Assembly (NCBI GenBank): GCA_023213395.1
Contig: CM041465.1
Span: forward strand, 120,225,741 to 120,289,740
Origin: Cycas panzhihuaensis
Taxonomy: Eukaryota > Plantae > Cycadophyta
Reading direction: 5' to 3'
DNA length: 64,000 nt
Shown: positions 23,211 through 37,200 of the stretch, piece by piece
How positions within the stretch are numbered: the stretch's first letter is position 1
Layout: the number at the start of each line of letters is the position of its first letter
The notes under the pieces: generated by a model
What the model saw: only the letters and a program-made list of their open reading frames with translations
The model's database searches: none
What the model was told of the DNA's origin: nothing
Program-made: the position numbers and the translations under genes

Positions 23211-26199
23211 TAAACTTCATTTCAAAATAAATCATTCTTGTTCAATTTTGATAACTATAACCTTAATTTACATTTCTTTCTAATAAAATTTGCATCACCA
23301 TGATGCAACCCTACATTGCATTATAAACCTCATACTTAACAATGTAATGTAGCACATCTTTCACACTATCATATTAGTACCTAAAACCCTTTGAAACACA
23401 CTTATTTAACTAGTTACATGTCAAATGTGATGATGTAACGAATTTAGTTGGAAACATTTATAGCATTTCACTTAAAACGTTGCATTTCTAATCCTAAGTT
23501 TATGACATTAGGTCTAAACTTACCATAATCACTTCAAAGTTGACACATGCATAGTTGGGTATGTTTCTAACTAGTTTCCCTTTTTGTTAGGATAATTTGT
23601 AGCTTAGGTTATCAATTTTTATACCTCTTAATTCTCACATCGCTCACTAAATCACTTTAAAACTTTAATATATACCTTCCCCTATAAACATCAAAACCTT
23701 ATATGTAGACCTCGAAACTCTACCAAAATGAAGCCATTTGTACCTTCTTCTTCTAATTTTTAAGTTCTAGAGGAGTTATTAGGGTCATCTTTACTGAGTT
23801 GTCAGATTTCCAAAGCCTAAGGCTTTAAGTGTTTTTGTTTTAGGGTTGTATAGTTCCTTTTCAGTTATGTGACCCGTACTCATTATATTTTGATTGATTT
23901 CTATTAGATTTTATATGTTGCTTTTTATTTCTCATGTATGCACTTATAGGTAACTCCTTTTATCATTTTACTATAGGTTCAACATGGAAATTTAAGGGAT
24001 TTACTACTTGTGTACTTGCCATAGTTTGTGGAACTTCAAACTCTACTTTTAGGTTTGCTTTGTCATTTTTTCTGACTTTTAACATCTTGTTTTATAGCTA
24101 TCACTAATTTACTTGTAGGTTACTATGCAACATGATTTGCACCCTTATTACATGATAAACTAAACCTTGATCTCCGCATTTTACCATTAGTAATGGTATT
24201 AAGCAAACAACATAAAAAAAACATCACTTTGTAACTTTGAAATGTGGTTTGAAACACCATGCATTTAAATATATTAAACATACTTATAGTAGCATGTTAC
24301 ACTCATACTATTAGGTGTATTTTAGTATGCTTATTGGCTCCCTTGTGTTGGTTGAGCCTTCCATTTCTTGGATACTTTTCTAATTGATTTGCAAGCTTCT
24401 TTATATGTGTTCATCCTTGTCGATTTTTAGCTTAATTAATCACAGATAAATGAGAAAGAAGAAAAAAGAATTAAGTGTTGCTTTAGGTTGAGTTTTGCAT
24501 TTTTAAAGACCTAGTTGGTTTATGAATTCAGCATGTTGTTACAAGTCCTTAAGCCCATGGGTTATAGCTCTTTTAGCTTTTAGAAAAATTGCATATAGTT
24601 ACATTTAGGCATCTACTTTATGTTGTTTCAAATCCTTTTAGGATAGGAGTTCTGTCCATACTAGAGGATAGGCTACATGAGCTTTATTAGATTTTATCAT
24701 TAGTTGAGTGAGGGTGGTTTTGTACCTAAGGTGGGGGCATGTCTTCATTGTGTTCTAAATGGAATAATGGTAAGTGATTATTCTAACAATATGCGATTAG
24801 GAGAATCAAGTGGACATCACTCATCATATTAAGAGTAGTTTTTTTTTAATCTATTTCACCTCTTGGAGTTTAAGGCTTATATACGAGTATCCTTAGATCT
24901 CCCACACTCGTAAGTGGTTTATTATTGAGAGAGCGAGCCCCTACTAACTTACCCATGATAGAGTTCATCCCATGGTCCAGTTTCTTTTTGTCTCTTCTCC
25001 TTTTAGTCCTCCTTGATTTTGTTAGATTAAGTTAGTGTAAGTGGTGACATTAATTAGGAGGGATAGGATAGGATAGTATATTTGGGAGATTGAAGTTGGG
25101 GATTATGTTCATAGGCCTATGTTACTCTTTAAGCATTTGTATCCTAGTGACCCTCTTGGATATTATGACCTTTTCTTTTATTGCATATTACTTGTTTCTA
25201 TTTTCTTTAGTCTAGTTAGAGTTTGTTTACTCTTTTCTTTGCACACACAGTTACACCTCACTAATTTATCTTACATCCCAACATTTACATCCACACAAAT
25301 GCACAGTGCCTCAAGAGAAAGTCATCGACTCCCTTCTACAATTTGGGCCCCTTACCTAAGGACCAAGTCAAGTTGCACATGCCACCTTATTTTTTCTTAG
25401 TACCATCATTTCAACAACTATATTAAGCACTCGCCAATGTGAGTTAATCCTTTTTTTTACCACTTTTCGGTGATCCTTTCTAGGTCTTCATTTTGAGGCA
25501 CCCTCCTAACAAGACATTGTATGAATCATGAGAATTACTCATTTATTTATGTTAAGCTAGGATAATGAGTTTACTTCTTTATTCCTAACCCTTTCTTTCT
25601 TTCATTTTTAGCACCCTTCTAGAAGGACATTATAGGAATCATGAGTATTACACATTTATTGATTCCAAGTTAGGGTAATTAGTTCATTCCTTTGGTCTTA
25701 ACTTTTTCATTCTTTTTTTTTTTACTTTCCATTTGTGGGTTATCATCCTTCATATGCACTAGTTTTTTAAGCAACTATGAGGTCTACCTCCCTTTGATCC
25801 ATATGAGTCCTTTTCATATAACTCTCAACCCATTTAGCCTAGTATTATGTCAAAGTAGCCTCCTTCATATCAAGCCATTAAGCCTATCCTCGCCTATGTG
25901 ATAGAGTGGCCTTTAAATAATGATTTATTAGACCCTTAGGTAGCTTTCATGGGTAGGTGCCTCGTGAGCTCAATCCAAGCTACTAAAACATTAGATCCCC
26001 ATTGCATGTTATTAGATCTACTTAGTCTCAATTTGTCTCACTTATTATCGAGTTTCCAACTTAAATCTATATTGTTGATCAATTCCAAATAACTATAACA
26101 AACTTATAACCCATCCTTATTGTGAGTACATATTTGGAGATATATATTGCCTTGATGGCATAATTCAAAGGGGCCACATCATTCTTAATCCTTGCACCT

Positions 26200-29100
26200 A
26201 GTTAAGTGACTCATCTCTTCCAAAATAAGGGTTCTTCCACTTCATCCATACCCTAGCCCCAAGTAGAAGCAACTTTATTTGTTGCCTCTCATATCCCATT
26301 TACCACCATGGCCATGTCTATTCTTGGGTCTAACATTCCTAAATTGGTCCCTCTCTTACAAATGGTTCCTCCTATCAAGACCAATGATGGGCTACCACAC
26401 TCCATCATTTTATCTATTATTAACTGGACAAATCCCATTATCACTCACACACTTCATCATACCCCTAACCTTTTATAGCTTGGGGTATCAGAGGGCTTAC
26501 AACATAACCTACTCAAGCTATGGCTCAACCCAATCCTAATCCTTATATTCTGGCTAACTATATGCCCTAATAATGGGGATCTACTCGATCCCAACCTCAT
26601 GCGATTTATAATCTTAATTTCTTTCACCTATATATGGTTACTTCTCCTTCAAAAGTCCCATATGGGCATAATCCACCTTCTCATCTATTGCCTTATGACA
26701 CCCCTTATACTTTAGAGGTGCCAATTGGGGCCTAACCATAACCATACCCCTATTAGCCTATTGGAATTACATCATTGGTTATCATCCCAATTCCACCAAC
26801 TTAGCCAACATGGTAAACCTAATCAGTTCTATCCTATTAAGCCCAATGGCCCTAACCCTTTATTACTCCTCCTAATCCAGTAATTTTGCAAGGTATTCTT
26901 ACACGATGAGGAGTCCTTTATCTTACTCATGCTGCTTATAATTTATAACATAACCCTTCCCAACTAATTCAATCCACCCAACCTATATAACCACCTCCTA
27001 CTCAAGCATATCCTTATGGAATCCCTACCCACAATAAATTCATTCTCTATGTGGCAATCTAAAACCCCACTAGGGACATCCCCAAACTAACCCTAATTAT
27101 TCCTACCCTTCCTTAATAAACCTATCAGTAGGGGCAACCCTCTTATGGTGGCATATAAGATCATTAGCCTTACCAACCCCAAATAGGGCCTATTAATCCT
27201 TTCTCTTAAGTTGGGTTACATTCCTTTATGGACTATAGAAGTAATCCTCTTTCCCTTGATGTACTCAAGATAAACCTCCCTTCTGATCCTTTCGTGGCTC
27301 CCAAATTTGATAAAACCTTTAACTAGGACCTTGAAGAGCATGTTAAGGCACTTGCTTTGGCATGTATTAACTTCTAGATATATGACCACATTGTGATGAA
27401 ATTATTCTCGGGATCACTTCAGGGAGATACATATAAGGGTTTTTTATTAACAACCTACTAATTCAATCCACTCATTATAATAGTTAATTGTCACTTTTGT
27501 CAATTATTTTAATATGTTTAGACCCTTTAAGAGTGGGGTCGAGGCACTTCTCTCTTTTAAACAAGGCCTTGAGGAACTTAACCAAGATCTTATTAGAAGG
27601 TTCTATGACCTTCTTCACTCTTCTAAGGCCACGCTACCTAAAGAGTTGAAGAAATACACCTTTGTTGATTCTTTATACCCAAAGGTCTATATGGAAGTGC
27701 TCAAACAAGCATTACTCCTTTTGATGGTGCAGTTGCCAAATGCCTTACATTGGAATTCATCAAGATATAGGTAGGCATAACGAAGTTGACCAAACTAGCC
27801 TAAAGATCCAAAACCCCATACTAAAACCCCTTACAAGATGATGGATTCTATTACCCCTATTATTCATTCATTTAAGTGAGCAATGCAATAACCTAAACCC
27901 TAATATGGGCTTGTTGAGAGGTAAAATTATCCTCCTTAGGGTTAAAAAGACTTCCATCTAGTTCACTGAGCTACACAATACCCTCCCTCATAGAGGGATA
28001 GTAAAGGGAGTACTTTGTCACTTTAAAGGAGATGGTGTTTTATTCATGAAAGTGGAAATCATGATGATGCACATTGTTGGACCCAATAACCTTAACTCAC
28101 CCTCCATAAGAGCTTACAATCTAATCGACTTCAAGGTCTAACCTAGAGTAATCCATTGATAAGGGCCCTTTCCCTAAGCATAATGATAACCAACTTCAAG
28201 AATAAAAAGGCAAGGTAAAGGCCTAATAAACCCATTATATATATCTTAAGTAGTTTAAGGACTCATAAGAAGAGTAGTACTAATTATGTCCTAAATTTAA
28301 AGATGTAGAATCAAAGGAGGTTGCTCAACATTATAATGTAAGGGATAAACATATCATTTAAATGCTTGAGACTTCTCATGTATTTGCCATGACTCAAGCC
28401 CAAGTAAATAAAGAAACCAAAGACACTTCATCCTTAAATCCCTAACCCATATAAATTTAAGTGCTTCTAAAGGCCATTCCTATTTAACCAAGACGATATA
28501 ATCTAAGAAGAGTTGTACCCCTACCTACTAGCAAAAGGAAAGCCCCTTTCTATCATTAAAGAGCTACAATCTATCTTTATAGGTATGTCCATGGTGGATG
28601 TTCTTAACAGTTTCCCTAACTAGAAGCAACTACTTTTAGAAGCTTTAGAACCCGAAGAGGTCAATTCTATTTAAGCAGAACCATTAGCTTCAATTCTCAT
28701 CACTTTTGATCTAAGGGAGATTCCTCCCTTGGAAAAGAAAGAGTATAAGTTGCTCTCTTCTTTATTCATTTATATTGAAACCCCTAATTGTGATATTGAA
28801 TAGATGATAATTGATTTAAGGTTATGCATTAATATCATACCTATTATAATACTCCAAGAATTGGGTATTGGCACTTTTGAGGTTGTTCCCTCGATGTGCC
28901 AAGGTTTAGATGGTATTCTCAAGGCTATCTTAAGGGTGTTCATTATTCCATTGACACTTGAAGATAAGATTGTCTTTATAGAGATCACCATCCTTGATGT
29001 CAATGTAAACTATAATATGTTTTTGGGGAGGCCATGGTTTAATCTAATAGGGGCCATTTATTCCTCCCTTTGGGAATAACTTAAATTTATATGTAATAAA

Positions 29101-30195
29101 TAGGTTTATACTATTAAGTAATAAGACTAGGGTTGATCAGATCCCTAGTCAACTATTTAAGCCATCTTTGATGGTAAAGTAAAAGAAGAACTTGGCTTAT
29201 TATTCTAAGACAAAGTGCCCAAGTTTGACTAAGACCCAACCCCTTTAGAGTTAGGATTGATATGCTTTACACCCATAAGTGTGGCTCCCTATGGATGCCT
29301 TAGTGTCCTTATTGATATTAAGCTTGATGATGATAATAATCCTATATGAACAATGGGTACGATTAACTATGTTTAGGGGCCAAATGACCCTGTTAATACA
29401 TAGGTCTTATTGCCTTAGGCCCCTCTCATGCTTGACTCTAATTCTAACTCTTTTACATCTGGTAATAAGTTTATATCATGCGATCATTTCCCTAACTTTG
29501 CACATAAGGCCTTCAAGCTTCCATTTTAACCAAACATTGATCTAATTGAGTGTCCTTTATAGGACATTAAGCCTCAATAGTAGAATGACCCTTTGGAAGA
29601 GTTTTTAAGATTTATACACTTAACTTATAGTAATAGTCTTGATCTATCTCTCATACCCTAAGTCAAATGCAAAACATTCTTGGGTGATGATTATTTTGAA
29701 AACAAAAAGATATCATGTGAACACTTGACCAACAATGCCCTCAACATACCTCTGAACTACAAATCACTAAGGAGGATAAACTATGGTGATCTAACTTGTA
29801 ATACAATCCCATAATGCATAAGACTCTTCAAATAGTTCTAAGACATATTAACACCTTTAAATTATGGTGGTTTATCCCCCAATAAGAGGACATAACATAT
29901 GAAGCCCTACCAAGAGCTTCAGGATGTACTCATTTGGGGTCACACTAAGATGAGGGTCATTAACCCTAATATTATCACCTACCATGTCATAATTGTCTTA
30001 GAGGCTATGCCTTAGGATGATATTCTCTCACCATTAATTAACCATATTATTGATAAGATGTTATATTAAAAGATGATGTATTTGCTATTTACTTCCTAAA
30101 AACATAACCAAACTCAAATCACTCCTAAAGGTTACCATGAGATGCCCTTTAAAACTTGCCATGGTGCATTAGCCTATAAGGTAATGCCGTTAAGT
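26200..30195 (+). mobile_element. Heavily decayed Tat/Ogre-like Ty3 remnant (Pro-rich Gag N-terminus, gag, protease, RT fragment), truncated at ~30195
   Basis: Gag at ~27300-27440: PKFD...DLEEHV...KLFSGSLQG. Tat-type protease at 28804-29085: IIDLRLCINI...NYNMFLGRPWF...AIYSSLWE*LKF. ELQDVLIWG...INPNII at ~29910. RT at ~30100-30190: HNQ..ITP...FKTCHGALAYKVMP. The 5' boundary is not resolved and may extend back through 23216 to ~15 kb. Confidence 0.8.
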
Positions 30196-31569
30196 GACAT
30201 TACTCTAAAATAAGGCTAAATTGTCCTATACTCTATGAATTATTATCCATTTTCACGTGTTCTATTTGGATAGACCTTTATTTTGGCACAGGAATGAATG
30301 AAATCTGACTGCTAAGTAAAAAGTTATACTTAAATTAGTAAAACCCAAAATTTAGAGAAAATTGACTAAAAAGTGAAAAGTGCTTTAAGTCATAATGAAG
30401 GCCTAGATGCTCCCACATCATAGATCATAAATAGTAACAAAAATTTTGATAACACTTCATTGAAAAAATATTCTCCCTTCCTTTCTTCACAAATATGGGA
30501 CCTATTTATAGAAAAAATGAGAGGGATGGATTAAGGTAAACCCATGGGTTGATGGTCTATATTCTTGTTGCAAACCATAATAAAAAAAGGCCAAAAATAA
30601 TATTTCTTTTTTTTAATGCCCAAAATAATGAAAAATATGACGTTCTTAAGAAAATACAATAAAGTGAAATGAAAAACATGATGTTCTTAGGAGAACATAA
30701 AAAATCAAAATTTTTGGTTATTAGAATGTAATGACATAAATGGTTAGCATTTTTATAGTGTAAAAAAGAAATTGATAATATAAAGAAAATGTTATCAGCT
30801 AGGATTCATCACATTTTTTGGAATATAAAAAACACGAATTGTGTTTCTTCACAAAGAAAGGTTATAAAAAAAGCCTACAAAAAGTCAAATATTATAGAAT
30901 GACTCATTGAGGCTATGATTAAACAAACAATGAAACACTAAGGAATAGGCTTAGAAGTCATAAAATTATAAAAAAAAGTGTTGGAGACATCCCTTAGAGT
31001 AAACTTGGTGATACCATATAATGTTGTGCATAAAGATCTTAACTTATAAGCAAGGAGGGAGCCATGAACACATATCAAAACATTAATCAAAATATTATAT
31101 CATGTTGTTAGTAATTAAAATAATCACATGATTAAACCCTAATAATAAATAGGTTCAGGCATTAGACCTGGTTGCACCAAAAGGGGGGAAGCATGGTTAA
31201 ATAATATATATATATATATGTGTGTGTGTGCATTATAATTTAAAAAAGAAAAATGTCCTAGTAGTAAAGAATTAAAGAAGATATTGTTGGCCTCTATTTT
31301 ACTACTTTTATCTTGTAGCATTAGAGTCTTCCCACTCGCTATTAAACTCCTTGCTACATGTCACCTTTGTTTTATTTTCTTATTATTTATTATCTCCATA
31401 AGAGCTACAACAAATGGAGGATTGAATATATGACATTCTAGATGGTGGCTCTCTTTCACTATATTCATAATATTTGCAAAATATTTTTTTTCTTTTTAAA
31501 TACATTTAAACCCTTGTGGTTTTCCATGATAGATTTTTCTTTTGGAATATAATTATAGTAAAACAATTT

Positions 31570-31574
<5 letters not shown>

Positions 31575-31620
<46 letters not shown>
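31575..31620. repeat. (TC)n microsatellite
   Basis: Perfect TC run of ~23 units. Confidence 0.97.
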
Positions 31621-31623
<3 letters not shown>

Positions 31624-32060
31624 GTATGTAATTTTATTTTTTTGAGGAAAAATACTTTTACATATTTTAGCATAAGTTTTCATGGTATATACTCTCATCT
31701 ATTAGACTAAGGGTTTATGAATTACCATGGTGAGTGTCGATCATGAACTAACAAATCTTCCATAGCTAGGTTTATATATGTTCCCTATTTATAAATTGAC
31801 ATATTCAAACCTATGTATTCTATGTTTTGTGCATAACATGAATTAAAAAAAAGTGTAAAATAATTAAAAAAAAAACTCTTGCATCAAATATGGGGCTTTA
31901 GCTTCATATACAACATGCTTCTTCATATACATTCCACTAAAATTTACCCTAAAATATCCATAAAATTTTAAAATAGCTAGGCTCTAAATCTGGTCATATC
32001 AAGCACTAAAAAAGTTTAGTTCCATTAAAAAATGGCTTTAAAAATTTATAAAATATTTAA

Positions 32061-32212
32061 GCTCTAATATGCTTTATGATCCAACCATAAAGCTCTAATA
32101 CCACTTATTAAGTATGCTCTAAGACCAGTTATTGGCTCTAATGGCACCTTTTAGATATAAGTCTATGTTCTAATACCAAATATTGATATGGAGTCATAGC
32201 TCAAATACACCA
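32061..32212 (-). repeat. Array of six degenerate tRNA-iMet PBS motifs (GCTCTGATACCA-like on plus) with unique 7-20 nt spacers
   Basis: GCTCTAATATGC (32061), GCTCTAATACCA (32092), GCTCTAAGACCA (32116), GCTCTAATGGCA (32135), GTTCTAATACCA (32167), GCTCAAATACACCA (32199). Confidence 0.75.
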
Positions 32213-33550
32213 TGTAATATAGAAGCAAAGGATTAATAATGGACTTGACATGAAAATGGACATCATGAGGTGATAGATGAATGAAATAGTAAGAAGTTGA
32301 AATAATTAAATATGGACACTCAATAAACATAGTGAATTAGGTGGAATAATTTCCAATTTTAATTATTCAAAAGAATAGTAAATATATTTATAAGATAAGT
32401 TTACCTCATATGGGAGAAAGTAAAAGCTAATTTTTGTGTGATTGGCATGCAATTGAATAAGATAATTAGCATGTAATTTCATGGTATCTACAATATAATA
32501 ATCATAAATATATGAAAGAGGAAGAATGGGGAACTAATAGATCAATATAAAATTAGATATTATGTTTATGACATACAAATCTTTTGTTGTGATTATAATT
32601 CAAATAAGTTATTAGTCTGCTCATAAATTTTATAATTAGAGTATGCTCATTAAGATGGTTAAGATAACTTCGTGATAATAATAGTAGCATGGTAATATTA
32701 TTAGCTACTAAGAACCTTAGGCATTAATGGGAAGTAAATTCATCTTTGTATACCTTTAGTTTATGGCTTGTAAAATTAGCTTGGTTATTTTTTTAGGTCC
32801 TAGTGTTCTTGCTATAAGAAAGATAGAAGTCTATAAATTATTTAAATAGGTGGCCATTAGAGGGAGATTGAATTAATCAACGTAGAAAGAAAAATTATGA
32901 ATCTTATCAAAATATTAATAAGCATGGTGGAGAGTGTTTGGATAGGATGTGTATAAAAAAGAAAGTTTAGACCCTCGTTATAAATTAATTAAATCAACTC
33001 AATTATATAAGAATGTAAATGTAAAGTATTGCATGGATTATGGTTAGGGTCTAAAATGTTATTATAAACCTACATGGAGTTATAAGTAAAGAAATCATAT
33101 TTGATCTTGGAGAGAGATTACATTTTCACCAATATAGCATAACTCTAAATTGTTAACACCACTTGAAGAGGTCAATAACATAACAAAAAACTATATTACA
33201 CAAAGAGATAGATAAATTGATGAAAAAAATATAATAATAGTGATAGTTCTTTAAAAATAAATAATGTGCTAATATAGAAAATCATATTCTATTATTGTAC
33301 AATTCAATATATGTGGTCTTTGAACCCTAATAATATGGGGCTTTAAAGCTTCTTAAACATATGGTTCCTACTATGGTTTTCTAGTGCCCATTAATATTTT
33401 ATAGGTGTCTCATTAGGGGTAACAACCTCTCCTCAAGTCTTTATGGGACAATTGTGATGGAATATATCTTGTATTATCATTCTTAATTAAGTATCACATA
33501 TTTTTCTATTTAAACAAAACAAAAATATATGGCCTAATAGAAGTTAATAT

Positions 33551-34260
33551 GAGGACATGAGGATTCTAGCTAGGTGGGGCTTCGAAAACATCATGCTTAA
33601 ACCAAAGGAGGTTAGACACGATGGATGGAGCCCACCCTCGATGGACTGGGTCAAGATAAACTTTGATGGTGCGTCAAAAGGTAACTCCGAAGAGGCTGAG
33701 GGAGCCAGAGTTTACAGAGATGGGGGAGGTAAGGTCATATGGGCCTTTGCTGAGTATTACGGTAACTAGACCAATCATGAGGCAGAGTTGCGAGCTATGC
33801 ATGGAGCTGTTGATTTGGTTACCAGAGACGGTAGCCTAAAAGTAATAGTGGAGGGGGATTCTCTTAATGTAATTAACTTCATCAAGGGGGAAACAGAGAC
33901 AGACTAGAAGCATCGAGCTATGATTGAGGATATAAGGGTGATGCTCTGTAAGACCAAAAAGGTCCAAGTTAACCAAACATATAAAGAAGGAAATGGGGTT
34001 GTTGATTGTCTCACAAATTAAGGGGTCCAGCTCAGAAGGAATGAGATGTAGAAGAATGACTCACCTAAAGAAATAGTGGATCTAGTTTGTAAGGATTTGG
34101 GGGGATCTTAGATTCAGTTGTTATAGTTATACCTGGTTAGTCATACAACTACATTGTGGGCTTGTCATGATTATTTTCTGTAGCCATTTTGGCAGACTTT
34201 ATATAGGGGTTGGGGTCCCCTTTTAATCCCCTCAATTATTTATACCATATCAAAAAAAAA
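33551..34260 (+). mobile_element. 5'-truncated L1 LINE: RNase H-like (RVT_3) domain, 3' UTR, poly(A)
   Basis: Translation WSPPSMDWVKINFDGASKGN...TNHEAELRA...VIVEGDSLNVIN...YKEGNGVVDCL. A-run starting at 34252. 10-bp TSD AAGTTAATAT (33541) / AAGCTAATAT (34261). Confidence 0.92.
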
Positions 34261-37200
34261 AAGCTAATATATAGATAATTTTATATTATATATACAACTA
34301 CTTTTATTAATTGTGTTACCTTAGGTCAGTATTCATTACGGATTATTTTATTTTCCCTTTAATTATGCAAACATTATCATGGTCCTAATGTGTGCTAGTC
34401 CATATGGAGGGTAATGTTAGATGCCATATAATGCCAATTATCATGCAACCTAGCAACATATCATTTGGTATCATTTTTAATCTAAATGCTAAGTTCAAAG
34501 TTCCTCATTTTGCCATTATTAAATTTGAGGCATATATTAGTAAGGGAAGTTATTAGACATAAATTATATGTTTCCAAAATTTTACTTTAAAGTTTATGTT
34601 AGTGAAAAGACATATATAATATAATCTAAAAATTAAGGAAAGCTAGCAAATACTATAGTGATTATTATGTGGGATTTTATCCCACCTAGAACTAATGGAC
34701 ATTATAACTATTATGGCCTTAGTTTTTATGTGATATGAATAAGAGTTTTTGGATGAAAATAAAGTTCCTTTTGATACATTTTATTGTTTTTTTATTTTTA
34801 ACATAGCCTAAACTATATGTAGATGTCTTATGCTAAGTAATTCAATATTTTAATGTCATTTTGAATAGATGGAAAAGAAATAAACTAAGAAAATAAGGGT
34901 TTCTTTACAATATTTATGATAAATACGTGTTGACACAAATAAGCCTACTTTAGTCATTTATACCCTTAAAACTCCTCCTATTAGATTGTAGAATTCTTCA
35001 TCTAGTTAGAATAATGTATGTTCTAGTAAGAAATCATTTGAATATAAAATTTAATTGAATTCTTCATGGTATTATTTATCATTAGGGAATAACCTGTGAA
35101 TGATTAATTATTTCTTAGAATAATGCTTCCATTTTATTTGTTTTATTTATTAATATGGTTTGAGATAAAATTGGTATGGGCATGTTGTTAAATTATATAT
35201 ATTAACCCATAAACTTAAAACTCAAAAATATGCAAAATACCTATCTATTTACATGCACAAGGATGCATATACCCTCATAGACAAGGATGTATTAGAGTGA
35301 ATAATCCATATGGTTAGGGCTTCATATAGCCTCCTAAATAGGTATACACGAGAGAATAGTAGATGATATACATAGGGATTAATATGGTCCCATATATAGT
35401 AATGCATGATAATATGGTATTTCATGTACATATAGATGCACATGACTTCATGCATAAGGATCCATGAAGGGATATAAGGAATGGAATGAGATACAATCGT
35501 GGTTGGATGAAATGTAGGTAAGGGTGACCTATGTAAAGGGATGCACATTAATTTCTCCTCTAGATTTATGGTATATATAAGAGGGATTAATGAGAAGTTC
35601 ATAAGGATGAACTTAAACCTTAAAGGGTTAACCCATAAGGATGGATTGGAATCAAATCCATAGGGATAAATTGGTAAAGAGTATATCCATAGGATGAATT
35701 ATAAGGCTAAGGAACCAAAATATAGGGATATTTAAGTAATATGATTACAATTATCCATATGCTATAGGCAACTATATTTACCCCTATTAAAATACCACCC
35801 AGAGCCAAAAAGCACAAATATCCCCTCCTTACTTAAAGTATGTAAGGAGGAACTACTCTAAGGCAAATGATTTCTTACTTAAAAATGAGGTTTATCAATA
35901 ATTCTTGTACTAATATAATGGAAAATCACCATAGATATGGCCATTATAGTAGGAAGATACAATACAACATGGAGATGTCATAATTCAAGCTTAGGGAAAT
36001 GCATTTAGAAACATCTAATAGTGGGCTCATGAACCAACCATGGTAAATTCTTATTATAATCCCACCATGATACCTAATCCCTTCTCTAGATTGTAATCCT
36101 TTGAATAATTAATTTTTTAAATAGAATATTCCTATAAATATATTATTGTATAAACCATAATTAGAGAAAATCAAGGGTTAGGTTTTGTGATAAAGATGTA
36201 GATGGTACTTCATGACTTTCCTAGAGTATTAAAAAAGTTCACAAAGGAATTACCCCCTAATTATAAATTGAAATACATGATCAAAGTTAAATTAAGTACA
36301 TCACTTCTTAATTTTTGAACTTGTAGGCACTCTTTTCACCATAAGTCCATGATAGTAAAGCTAATATACAACTTATTAGAACAAGGCACCTTTGTACCTA
36401 ATAAAAACCCATTTATAACTCTAGCAATATTAATACCCAATATGGATAGATTGTTCAACATATATGTCGATTATTAGCCATTAAATAAGTCCATTATCAA
36501 GCACTAGTTCCATTTTCTACACATTCTTGATTCTCTAGATGAGTTACATGGAGTACAATATTTTACTAAGATTGATTTTCAATCAAGCTATTATCAAAGT
36601 GAATAAGAATATAAGGCATACCCAAAATTATTTTTGCAATATATAAAAGGTATTATAAGTTCAAGGTCATGTCATTTGACTTAACTAATATCCCAACCAC
36701 CTTCAAGCAATGCTAAATAAGCTACTATAGCCTTATCATAGAAAGTTTATTCTGGTATTCTTTGATGACATATTAATATATAGTGAAAGTTAGTAAGATC
36801 ATGTATAATGTGTAAAGAAAGTGCTCAAAATCCTAAAAGGAAATGCTTTATTTTCAAATGAGGATAGGTGTACCTTTAATAAGTAGGAACTAGAATACAT
36901 AGCTCACATCATATCAAGCAAGGATATCAAGGCTAATCTAAAGAATGTTCGAGCCATGTTAGAATAGCTAACTCATAAGAATATATCTAAAGTTATAGGG
37001 TTCTTATGTGGCATAAGATTTTACCAAAAAATTATCAAGAGGTATATGCATATAATAGTACGACTAATTGAGTTAATAAAGAAAGAAACTTTTATATATA
37101 ATGATAAGATAGAGAAAGGATTTGTAAACCTTAAACATCGAATGACTACATTATAATCATTATAATGCAAGACTTCTTGAAGTCCTTCTTATTAGAGTAT

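Noticed and set aside
32061-32212. True CRISPR array
   Set aside because: Eukaryotic context, 12-nt repeats equal to a tRNA PBS, irregular spacers and no cas genes. Only the architecture is analogous.
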